Positions 48,897 to 64,000 of a stretch of DNA of 64,000 nucleotides are shown in pieces. The notes under the pieces are model-generated. The model saw only the letters and a list, made by a program, of their open reading frames with translations, was not told the origin of the DNA and searched no databases. Numbering within the stretch: position 1 is the first letter of the stretch; each line of letters begins with the position of its first letter. The position numbers and the translations under genes are program-made. This DNA comes from Piromyces finnis finn (taxonomy: Eukaryota; Fungi; Neocallimastigomycota): assembly GCA_002104945.1 (NCBI GenBank), contig MCFH01000058.1:124001-188000 (forward strand), given 5' to 3'.

Positions 48897-49844
48897 ATGG
48901 CATCTTCAGAAGTGTTAATGAAAGACGATGATGATTTTATCACCTCTTATAATAAATTTATGATGGAAAAAATGCATTATTTAGAAACTACAATTGAAAC
49001 TATTCAAACCTTGATGGAATACTATAATTATACTACAGAAACAATAATGGGCCAGGTAAATGGATTAAAATTTATTGTTTTTTTTTTTATATTATATCAT
49101 TTATTTAATAATTTTACTCTACACCCTATATACTAATTTGCATATTTATTTATTTGTTTGTTTGATTGATTGATTATTTTTTAAAAGATTGATGAAATGA
49201 AAGATTTAATTGTAAAAATTGAAAAGGTAACGATTATAAAATGTAATACTATATTTTAAGAAAATATAGGCATATATATACTATGTAAAATTTATATATA
49301 TATATATTAAAAATGTATTAACCCTGCTTTTATCCACTTATTATTAAAGGAACAAAATAGACAAAGATTGGAAAAAGAAAAAGAATTAGAAGAAAGAAAT
49401 GAAGAATTATCAGCAAGAAGACGTCAAGAAAATGAAGCTGTTACAAGACAATTAAACAGAAAAGATAGTCTTACTACAGTAACAACAGCTGTTAATGACG
49501 AAAATGTATTATTAAATACCGCAACTACTACAAATAATATTATAAATGATGATTCCTCCAGTGTCAGAGCTATTCCAGATACCACCGAAGAAAATAATGA
49601 TGAAATGAATAATGAGGAAGAAGCAGAACAACAAGTATCTACAAGCTTATTTGATGAAATCTATAATTCAGAAGAAGCTAATATATTAGATGAATATGAC
49701 AATAATACCGATTTCTTACGTATATGTAAAACGGTTGACTTTTTAATTCAAGATGCCTATACGGCTATCATGTATATTCCAACTTCTAATGTTCCAATTA
49801 CTAGTTCAATGGCTTATTATACCACAAAATTTAGAACCAATTAA
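48897..49844 (+). CDS. Unknown 3-exon protein, about 230 aa, coiled-coil then acidic low-complexity region
   Basis: Exons 48897-49055, 49188-49226, 49350-49844 join in phase 0 with GT-AG introns. No family recognised. Confidence 0.7.
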
Positions 49845-51427
49845 TTTGTTTTTCTTTTTTCATTCCAACTTTTTTTTTTAAACAAACTATTCTTTGATCC
49901 ATATGGAATTATAAAATAAAATTAAAGAAAAAATGATGAAGGAAAAAATAAAAGTAAAAATTATGAAATAGTATATATACAAAATTGAATGTATATAAAA
50001 AGTATCAAAACTTTTTTTTTAATGACAAATAACAAAAACAACAACACTTACCACAACTACAAGAATTACAACTACAACCTTTAATAGAATAATACATATC
50101 GTTATACTCTTGTTAATTATCTATTATTAATATATCATAAAGGAGGTAAAATGTCTATACCACCCCAATTCTATGTATAAATCATAAGATATAATTATAA
50201 AAAAAAAAAAATCAATGCTTGATTAAAAAAAAAAAAGATCTATAAATCAAAATTGTTTTTTTTTTTTTTTTTAATTATCAAGTAATAATTTTCTAATAAA
50301 ACAATAATATTAATAATAATACTTTATTTATAGAGATGATCCTTTAATCCTATCTTTCCAACTACAGAAAGTTTATTTTTTTTTTTTTTACTATTTATTT
50401 TTTCATTTAATTTTATTTATTTCATCTATAGGATCTTTTCCTTTCAATTATAGACAAAGTAATAAAAATAAAAGAATTATCTCATCTTTTTATTTTATTT
50501 TATTTTATTACAATATTACAATATTTTAAATAGAGAAAAAGAAATGTGAAATGTATATCGAGAAAAAAAAAAAAAAAAAAAAAGAAATCGAATTGCTTAT
50601 ATATATATAGAAAGTGTAACAATATAATATGGATTTTTTTATTAGAAAAATAAAAATTTAAATATTTTTAAGTTTTTTTTTTTTTTTTCCAATTCATTCA
50701 TTATGAATACTATAAAAATAAAATAAAAAGAAAAAAAAAACTTTTACACCTGAAGGTATAATACATCATATAATATTTTTACTTATTAAATAAACTTTTT
50801 TTTTTTAAAAAAAAAAAAAAGAAATAGAAAATATTATGAAACTTTTTTTTAATTTAAAAACATTCTTTAAAAAAATGTTTAAAAAGATGAATATTTTTCA
50901 TTTTCATTTTTGAATATTATGAATGTATTTTATATTTAATTTATTGTTGGTATAAATAAATAAAACCTTTTTTTTTAATTATTATTATATTATTATGGTT
51001 ATCACAAAGTAATCAAAAATAAATGTTAAAAAAATTACAATTATTTAATGCAAGCGATAATAACCTATTAATTTTTTTTTTCTTCTTAAATAGTTTGCTC
51101 TTTGTAAAGAAAAAAGAAAAAACAATTTTGTAATTATATTCTTTACAAAAAGAATAAATAAATAATAATAACAAAAGTTAATTATTCTAACATAATTCAT
51201 TACATAAAATAACAATTATTATTTATTCTTTTTAAACAAAAAAAAATATTGGATTTTCATCTTAATATTATTGTCACTATGAAAAGTTATTTAACTATAA
51301 AATTATTAATAATCAATAACAATTACAAGTATATATATCTTTAATAATTATATTCTATTAAAAATAATAAAAGTCAATTATTCTAATATAGTTATTACGT
51401 AAAATAACAATTATTCCTTCCTTTATA

Positions 51428-52041
51428 AATAGTAATAGTAATAGTAATAGTAATAGTAAATAGTAATAGTAATAGTAATAGTAATAGTAATAGTAATAGT
51501 AATAGTAATAGTAATAGTAATAGTAATAGTATAGTAATAGTAATAGTAATAGTAATAGTAATAGTAATAGTAATAGTAATAGTAATAGTAATAGTAATAG
51601 TAATAGTAATAGTAATAGTAATAGTAATAGTAATAGTAATAGTAATAGTAATAGTAATAGTAATAGTAATAGTAATAGTAATAGTAATAGTAATAGTAAT
51701 AGTAATAGTAATAGTAATAGTAATAGTAATAGTAATAGTAATAGTAATAGTAATAGTAATAGTAATAGTAATAGTAATAGTAATAGTAATAGTAATAGTA
51801 ATAGTAATAGTAATAGTAATAGTAATAGTAATAGTAATAGTAATAGTAATAGTAATAGTAATAGTAATAGTAATAGTAATAGTAATAGTAATAGTAATAG
51901 TAATAGTAATAGTAATAGTAATAGTAATAGTAATAGTAATAGTAATAGTAATAGTAATAGTAATAGTAATAGTAATAGTAATAGTAATAGTAATAGTAAT
52001 AGTAATAGTAATAGTAATAGTAATAGTAATAGTAATAGTAA
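51428..52041. repeat. (AATAGT)n microsatellite, about 100 units
   Basis: Direct reading with two small interruptions; explains the spurious (IT)n ORF. Confidence 0.98.
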
Positions 52042-54813
52042 TTAGAGTGATAAAAATCAATTATTCTAACATAGTTTTTGCATCATACTTTTTTTATAAA
52101 ATAAAAAATTTTAATATAACTTTTTTAATTAAAAAAAAATTAATTTATGTTATGTTATTATACTCATAAATTAATTGTTTCACATTTCAATAAAAAACTT
52201 TATTTATTAATAAAATTTAAAAAAAAATTTTAAAAAAAAAATTAATAAAAATATTTAAAAAACTTTAATCTTAAAAAAAAAGTAAAGACTATTGATAATA
52301 ATCATCGTATCGTAGCATCATAATATTATAGCATAGTATCACTAATAAGTATCAAATTGTATCATTTCGTAACATCATCATCTGTCACTTTTTTGATGTT
52401 AAAACAAAACTCAATCATTTTTACATTTTGTCAAATGGTATTTAAAACTTGTTTTACCTTGAAATAATAACAACAATACTAATCACAACAAAATATGAAA
52501 TTCATTTCATTATTTATCATATGAATAAAAGAAGAAAAATATAAAATAAAAAAAAACTTTAAAGTTTTTATAAAATGGAAATGAAAAATAAATAAAAGAT
52601 TATTATTAAATAATACATTATTCATAATTCATGCATAATAGTATTTAATAAAGAATAATACACACATACATATCATATTTTTATATATCATTTATTACCA
52701 TCTATTATGTATATGTATTATTTAAATTTTTTTATAAAGAAATGGTTTATTAATTATTTTTAACATTTTAATTAAAATTTTTTTAATTAATTTTTTATAT
52801 AAAATAAAAACGAAAATATTTTTTTAATATTTATAATAATAAAAAATACAAATCCTATATTATTTAAAAAAAAAAGTACATTCAACCTTCTTTTCTTCAC
52901 TTTTACGATATTATATAAAAAAAAAGTCTTTCCCTTCTTAATCTTTTTCTTTTTTACTATTAAAGTTTTAAAGGAAAATTTTTTTAAAACTTCCTTTTTT
53001 GTATAAAAACCACCTGCTTTTTTTAAAAAAACATCCCATAAAAAATGATGATTTTAACATATTATGAATATATTTTATTATATTAATTTTTGTATTACAT
53101 TAAATTTGTATACATTTTAATATATATTTTAATTAAAATTTTTTTCTAAAAGTCATAATACTAATATTTTGATACATTTTTAATTTGGAAAAATGATGAA
53201 TGAAAATTATAAAAACTTTATTTAATTAAAATAATAGGAAATAAAGTTTAATTCTTCAATTCATTTAATTAATATATTAATAAATAAAGTTTGGTTTTTC
53301 ATTTAAATAAAACCTTATAAATAAAGTTTGTTTCACAAATTTCTCATTTTTTTTTTTTTTATTTTTAAATTTTAAAATCCCTCTTTTTTTTTTTTTCCTT
53401 TTATTAATAATAAAAAAGATAAAAGATTCACCTAACCAAGTTGTCTGTTAGCAATAATAATAATGAATAGTACTATGATGTGATATGAAAAGGTAGAATG
53501 AATTAAAAATAAGCGAATTTATCCTCTTGGTTTCATGATGATATAAAAATTTCATTTTTAAAAGGTTTAATAAAAAAGGCAACCGTTTTTTCTTTTATTA
53601 ATACTTTTATTAGAAATTAAAAAAAAATTCCGTTTTCTAAAATCACTTTTATGATCAAATTTTAGGGGAAAAAGTTTAACTTGACTAATTCCTAAAATAT
53701 CTAAAAATAACTATAAATAATAAAAGTATTTATAACTATTAGAACTTAATAGTAATAGTTATAAATAATTAAAACTATTATTATTATAAAATTATAGTTA
53801 TTAATAGTTTAGAGTATTTATAATATTATATATTATTATATATAGAAATAGTTATATTTATTATCATTATTATTTATAGTACAGTTACTTTTATTATTTA
53901 TTAAGATTTATTATTTATTTTTTTTATATTTATTTTTTATTAAACTTTATTTATTATTAAAATTCATTTTCTAAAAAATTAAATTAAATTTTCCTTTATT
54001 TAATATAAATAAAATTTAATATATGGTATGAATACTATTTTAATATATTATTGATTTATTTCATATATTTATTATTCCATAAGGATGTTTTTCTTAAAAT
54101 ATTATTGGCTTCCCTAAAAGTATTTAAAACACACATTTTAAAACTTTATTATTATGATTGATCTTTGAAACAAATGATACAATTTTATATATTAAAAAAT
54201 ATATATTAAAGTTAATTATTCTAATATAATAAAAATATATACAAAAAAACATTTAAAGAAAAAACAACCCCTTAAATCCAACTTTTAATTTAAATTTAAT
54301 TAATTCATAAATATTGTAAAAAGGTAAGAAGAAAATTGGTACGCATAAATTGCAAGCAAAAATAACACAAGAATTTCAAAAAAAAAAAAAAAGAAAAAAA
54401 AAAATAAAAATTATTAGTAATAAATTCAATAATAATATTAAATATTATTATTAATTTATTTATTATTAAAATATTAATAAAAATTTTTTTGTATATAAAA
54501 AAGAAAATTTGACCTTCACTATTTTTTTAAAATTTTATTTTTTAAATATATATAATCTCTCTTTTTGTTTATATATATAAACTAATTTATTATATATTTT
54601 TTTAAAATTATATTCAAACACTTTGATAGTGTAAATAATATAGTATTAAAAAAAAAATAAAGTAATTAATTACACTTTGATAGTGATAATAATATTATTT
54701 TATAATCATAAAAAAAGAAATAACTAATAAAGAAAAACCAAATTCAATAAGTAAAAAAAAACCAAACTCTATAAAACTCAACAAAAACATTCAATAAATA
54801 AAATTAATAAAAA

Positions 54814-57861
<3,048 letters not shown>

Positions 57862-58399
57862 AAAATTTAAGAAATAAATTTACCACTAAATTTTTATATA
57901 GAAGATTTTATATTTTAATGTATGTATATATCATCAAGGGATTTACAAAAAAAAAATAAAAAGAAAATTTTAGGAAAAATAAAATAAAATAAAAATATCC
58001 CAATTCATTTAAGAGAAAAAAAAATGAAATAAAAAAAAAATGCAAATAAAAAAAATAAAAAAATTATTTAAAAATAAAAAATTTTGATTATATTGTAATG
58101 TGTGTAACTATAGGTATTATTGTTATTGTTGTTTTATAATATAGTAAATTTTAAAAAATTTAATAACTGCTTATAATGAAAATTTATTGTTATAATAAGT
58201 TATTTCAAAATGAACAATACCAATTGTACTGTAAAGTCAAACAAGTTTAGTGTCTAAAAGCGAATCGAATTTACTAACAACAAACCAAAACTAGAATTTT
58301 TAAAGAAAATTTACAACTAGAATTCAAAAAAAAAAAAAAAGAAACTTTAAACAAAGCATCGTAACAATTTTTGTACTATCCAGTACTTTTAAGAAGAGA

Positions 58400-61300
58400 G
58401 AGAGAGACAGATTTTTTTCCATATACGTTATATTTATAATTTTTATTAGTATTTATTTTATATTCAATATTTTTTAATTAGAATTAATTATCATGTCAGT
58501 CCTTTATATTAAAGATAAGAATTATATCAGATGTGGTACCCGGTCTTATGGTATCCCCTTAGATGATATTCGCTCCTTCTTTATCCGTGGTATTCGATCA
58601 TGGTCAGTAAATATGCTATGGGAAAAACTCGAGGTTATTCTAGAAGATAAATTTAATTCAGTTATTAGTGTTAAATATTTTCAGACTTTCAATGATCACT
58701 TTTTCTTAGTCAAGGTTCATGGTTCATCGAAAGATTGTATTAAAATCTTTCACATGTTAAAGAAGAAACTTTCAGTTACCTCAATTTCCTTTTCAGCTCG
58801 TAGTAGAAGGAATCACAAATACACTTTTTCCACACTCAAACGTAAAATTTTAGTTTCTAATAAACATCAACATTCTATTCAACAATCATTTCAATAATCA
58901 GTTCAACAATCTCATCAACAATCCGATCTTCAACAAGATCTTCAACAAGTTTCCCATCATGAAAATATTCCAGATCTACAGCAAACACAATTTCAATCTC
59001 AACATTCAACAATTAATTATGATAGCTCTATCAACTCTGATAACAGTTCAATAGTTGATAGTTCTTCAGTTTCATAGCCATCTAGTAATAGTTCTACTTA
59101 TTCCTCTGATGCATCATCCATTAATAATGATGACTTTAATAATAATAATAATAGCAACGATTCTTCCTCATCCAACTAGCCTGATAACTTTTCTTTTTGT
59201 CTTAGTTGGAACACCAATGGGTGGAATCACGAAAAGAGAGATAGTATTAGCTATTTCACAGCTATTTTCAAACCATTATTTTTATGTTTCCAAGAAACTG
59301 GTAACGGTTCTGGATCGAATACAGATTATCCTTGTCGTGTTACTTTGCGAAACTATAGACACTTTTTCAAGAAAGCTGACGAATCAGTTCCTGGAATGAG
59401 AGGTTTATATTTAGGTTTTCACAATTCGTGTCAAGCCTCACTTGAAAACTTCTCTGGAAAGTATATTATTTCTATTTATACTTTTAGTCTCTGGAATAGA
59501 TTCAAATGCTCGATTGGAAATGTTTATATGCCTCATAGTCATCACAACATCTATGTTGATCATGCAAAGTTAGAAGTTCGCTTGTGGTTACAAACTCATT
59601 CATCCCATCCATCGATTCTTGTTGGTGATTTTAATATGTCTAAAGTAAAATTATCCAACTGGTTATCAACTAATGGATTAGGAGATTGGGAAATTCTTCC
59701 GTTTAGAGGGTCTACTATCTCTTGGACTCGAGGTGAACAATCTTCCGACATTGACCATGCTCTTATCAATTCGAAAATGAAAGATCTTATTCACTCAGGA
59801 TCATTTATAAATAATTTTTATCCTGTATCAGACCATAAGCCACTTCTTATTAATGGTAAAATTATTCCTATGGAAGATTTTTCTAATGACTTTAATGTTC
59901 CTAAGAAAATTCTGAAATGGAATAGATTAAAATGTATTGAGGAAAAGGAATCTATTCTCAGTCATAATAAATTCCAAATACTTTCAGCAAAATTCAACGA
60001 TCCTAATGTTTCTACAGATGAACTTTCCAAAGAGTTTACTTCAACTGCTTTTTCAATTGCAGACGAGCTCAGTATTACCTCAGCAAATAATGTTATAAAG
60101 TCTTCATTTCATATTTCACAACAAATTTTTAATCTCCAAAAAATCAAAATGAAGTTGTATAAGAGATTTAAAAAAGAAAGAATTTATGATATAGATGAAT
60201 TTATTAAAAGAATTAAAATCTACCGTAAGCTCATTGATTACATCCACAAAAGATGTAATGAATTTAGGAAACAAGAATATCTTCATTGGATTAAAACAGG
60301 ATGTGAGTATATGAAGAGTCATAATCCTAAGAAGGCCTGGAAATGGATCAAGAAAACTGCAAAAATTGGAAAAGATTCTTTCTTTATTGCTCAACCAATT
60401 AAAAACAAAAATGGAGAATTAGTTGTTGCTACGGAAGAACAACTAGAAGTGTGGCATGATCATTTCGAAAACCTTGCATCAGATCCAAGTGGTGTAAGTC
60501 TTGATTTGGAGCATTGGTATGAAGAACCAACGAATAAACGTTTTTCACTCCCTATGCTTGATGAATGGGATATCAACCAAGATATTAGTATTGATGAAGT
60601 CAAGTCAGCTATCCTCTCTACTCCAAATTATAAAGCATCAGGTCCGAATGGTATTCCAATTGAATTTTACAAAGCATTAATTCCATCAAGTAATGATTCT
60701 AATAATGCTACAGATAATAATTCTTCCGGTAATACCACTTCAGATAATGATACTCATGGTTTAAATTTTATTCTTAAATTATTCAACCGTATTTGGAATG
60801 GAGACTTTCCCAACTCATGAAATTAATCCAGTATTGTTTCTATTCCTAAGAAGGGAGATTTGACAGATTGTGATAACTATCGAGGTATATCACTTATCAA
60901 TAATGGTATTAAGTTGATTTCCAAAATTGTCACCACTAGAATTTCAGAATATGGTTTAAAGAATAATTTCATTAGACCTGAACAATTTGGTTTTCGAAAA
61001 AAGGAAGAAAGTATCAGTCTTTTCATTTCAATCCAAGAAATATGCCGTAGACGTCAATTAGATAATAAAGAGACATATTTGGCCTTTTTAGATCTCAGAA
61101 AAGCATACGATTCAGTCCCAATCGGTAATATTCTCCATAAATTAGATTGTTTAGGAATCCGAGGTAAGAGTTTACAATTTATCAAAAATTTATATTTAAC
61201 ATCTAAGGCTAATGTCAAATTAAATGGACAATTCTCGAAATCTTTTGATGTGAAGAAAGGAGTCCGTCAAGGTTGCCCTCTTTCTCCTATTCTCTTTAAT

Positions 61301-63310
61301 CTCTTTATTAATGATATATTTAAAGAGTGTGAAGATCTAGGAGTCAGTTTAGGTGACACTCGATGCTGTGGTGGACTTTTTGCAGATGATATAGTTATTT
61401 GTGCTCCAACAAGAGGATGCTTAAAAAAGATGCTTAGAAGAGTTAATGAATGGGCCTTGTATAATGAAATGGAATTTGGTATCCAGAAATGTTCAACGAT
61501 GGTGATTCGTCCTGAATCAATAGAAAATCAGAACAAGAGAGATCCAACATTTTACTTAGCAGGACAACCCATTCCAACTACTGATTGCTATACTTATCTT
61601 GGTGTTCCATTTGATAAGAATCTGTTCCTTAAACCAGTTATTAAAACTCTTAATAACAAGGTTTTGAAAGGACTTTTCTCAGTCAGTAAATTCTTAAGAA
61701 ATCCTAATATTCCTATTCCTTTCAAAAAACTAGTACTTAACTCACAAGTAATCAGCAGAGTTTCATACTTTGCACCATTACTTGGATCCAACAAAGCTAG
61801 GTCTAGGATTGCTCAGAAGCATGTTAACAAAGGAATACGATGGGTTGCCGGAGTTCATAAAGCTGTATCGTTTATATCTTTATACTCTATCTCAAAAGAT
61901 TTGAATATTCCTCCATTGTCAGCCAAATGTGCATTAGCTCAGGTTAGATGTTTTAACAAATGGAAAAACTCAAATTGTATTATCTCACACCTTGTCAATT
62001 ACATTCCTAAATTTAGAAAATACACGTAGTGCAAATCAAGTAGGACACTTGATAAAAAACTAAAGAAACATGGAGATGTTAAAGCAGTTAAAAACTTTTA
62101 TTGGAAAGATCTCAAAAGGAATTCAATTAAAGCGCAATATTACGATGATAATAAATTTATTGAAACTAAAGATTTTATTAAGTTATGTTATGAGTACCCA
62201 GAGTTTGCCTATGGCTTCTACTGGCTATTGAAAGCGAGAAGCGGATACAAGTTGGATGCTAGAGTTGCCAAAGCCGCTAAATTTGTTGATCCAGTTTGTC
62301 CTAACTACTGTCCATGTTGCAAGTGTGGTTTTCAAAGTATTAAACATTGGTTATTAGATTGTCCAACATTTAGAGATATCCGTATTAAACATTATGATTC
62401 CATAGTCCAGCTACTAAATTTTTTCAGTCAACGTAATTCCAATAGTCCTATCAATAATAATGAAAATGTTAATATCAGTAGAGATAGCAATAACATTAAT
62501 AGTAATAGTAACAATAGTAGTAATAATAATTACAATAGTAATAGTAACAATAGTAATAGTAACAATAGTAATAGTAACAATAGTAATAATAGAAATAGTA
62601 ATAATAACAATAGTAGTAATAGAAATAATAATATTAGTAATGATAGCAATAGTGAAGATAATAATTCTAATTTAGATAGTAATTTAGTTAATGATAGTAA
62701 TAGTTCTAATAATCCGGTGAATATTAATGTGTATGATTATTCTAGTGTGTGCAGTAAAATATTTAAATTCCTTCTTGGGGGAAGAAGTTTTAACAATATT
62801 AATTACAATTCAAGGGAATGGAAAGAACTTTGTAAGCGTCAGATTCAATCTGGTACTAACGAAGAAACACCATTCTTGACGGTAACCGCGGAACTTCTAA
62901 CCAAAATCATGCCTTTTGCTATTGGCCAGCAATGGTCAATGTTCAAAAGGTTTGAAGCAACATCCAAGAGCATCAATGCTGAAGAAACAGTAAGACAGGC
63001 CAGGAGGGCCAGCGCAACCAATGGAGATCATAATTTTGTTCCATGACAAAATTTTGATCTTTGGCTCAGTGTCCCATTGGAAGTCAAATACAATTATTAT
63101 ATCTTAGTATAATAGTGGCTTTCTTACTTTAATTAAAATTACTAGAATACATTATACCCATTTTTTATTCATTTGTGTTTATTTAAACATGTTTTTTTTT
63201 TTATTTTATTTTAATTTTTAATTTTTTATATTACATGTATTATAATTTTAATTAAATTAATAATAAAGTTTAAAATATTTGATGCCGTTAAAAAAAAAAA
63301 AAAAAAAAAA
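58400..63310 (+). mobile_element. Non-LTR retrotransposon (APE endonuclease-RT-Cys/His), inactivated by in-frame stops; start approximate
   Basis: One frame 58493-63046: SWNTNG, FQET, GDFN, SDHKP (APE); QFGF, FLDLRKAYDSV, GVRQGCPLSP, FADD, YLG (RT); CPCC...HWLLDC. 3' UTR and A21 tail at 63290-63310. Confidence 0.93.
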
Positions 63311-64000
63311 TCCTTGTAGGAGACTTTAATATGTCAGCTATTAAAATTAAATCTTATATATCACAACACTTCCCGGATTGGACTATGGCTGAGTTAACTG
63401 GTAATAATTTTACCTGGGAAAAAGGTTCTAAATCTTCATGCATTGATCATATTATATACAACAAAGCTATGACAAAACACATAAACAAATCTTCAGTTTG
63501 CGAAGTTTTTCACGATGTTTCTGATCACAAACCGATACTTGTGTCTTGTAAAAAAGACTCTTCTGATGGTTTCAAAAAGCCTAAGAAGACCTTTAAATGG
63601 TCAAGTCATATCAGTAACACAAAGTGTTCTGACATTCTTACTAGTAATCGCTTTGCTGTTCTAGCTTCCGAACTTGAAGCTAATTGCGATAGCCTTTCGG
63701 CTGACGATATGGTTTCAAAATTTTTAGATACCTCCAAAACTATAGGTAAAGAAATAAAAGCCATTGTGCCTGCAGATTTAAAAGGTCCAGCATTCCATTG
63801 CCCTCAATACATCAAAAACTTATCACATGAAAAACACCTGGCTTACAAAAATATTAAGCCCCTTTCAGATTGCGCTGACATGGAAAATTATCTTAACCAG
63901 TTCTCCATATACCAAAATCTATGTAATACCATCAAAAAGGTTAAGAGTAAATTCAGATCCAATCTCTATAAAGCTAATATTGTTTCTATCAATAAACATT
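63311..64000 (+). mobile_element. Second, 5'-truncated LINE starting within the endonuclease domain; runs off the right edge
   Basis: Open frame LVGDFNMS...FTWEKG...IDHII...SDHKPIL, homologous to but distinct from the preceding LINE. Confidence 0.88.

Noticed and set aside
51395-52060. 221-aa (IT)n/poly-L ORF
   Set aside because: Translation of the (AATAGT)n microsatellite.

Overview
Very AT-rich eukaryotic genomic DNA, almost certainly from an anaerobic gut fungus (Neocallimastigomycota). The evidence is an intron-containing GH9 cellulase with three Cys-rich fungal dockerin (CBM10-type) modules, plus A-rich leaders and AT-rich introns. Bases 1-41.6 kb are a nested retrotransposon cluster with one orphan secreted-protein gene at 12.6 kb. 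The cluster holds an intact young Ty3/Gypsy (14108-21041), a Ty1/Copia (31048-41074) with a second intact Ty3/Gypsy inside it (33735-38915), several decayed elements, and at least six solo LTRs with target-site duplications (TSDs). Bases 42-58 kb carry host genes: DCP1, an unknown coiled-coil gene and the GH9 cellulosome enzyme. Bases 58.4-64 kb carry two head-to-tail LINEs. Highlights: (1) LTRs with a tRNA-like A-box/B-box cassette at tRNA spacing and a covarying hairpin; (2) three different priming modes side by side (tRNA-Ala 3' end, apparent tRNA-Lys half-molecule, Tf1-like self-priming); (3) an intact Gypsy with TA...TA ends; (4) a 3-nt microexon needed for the GH9 active-site motif; (5) a fungal DCP1 with a metazoan-type C-terminal trimerization motif. 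All coordinates, exon structures and alignments were read by eye, and family names come from recalled motifs, not database searches.
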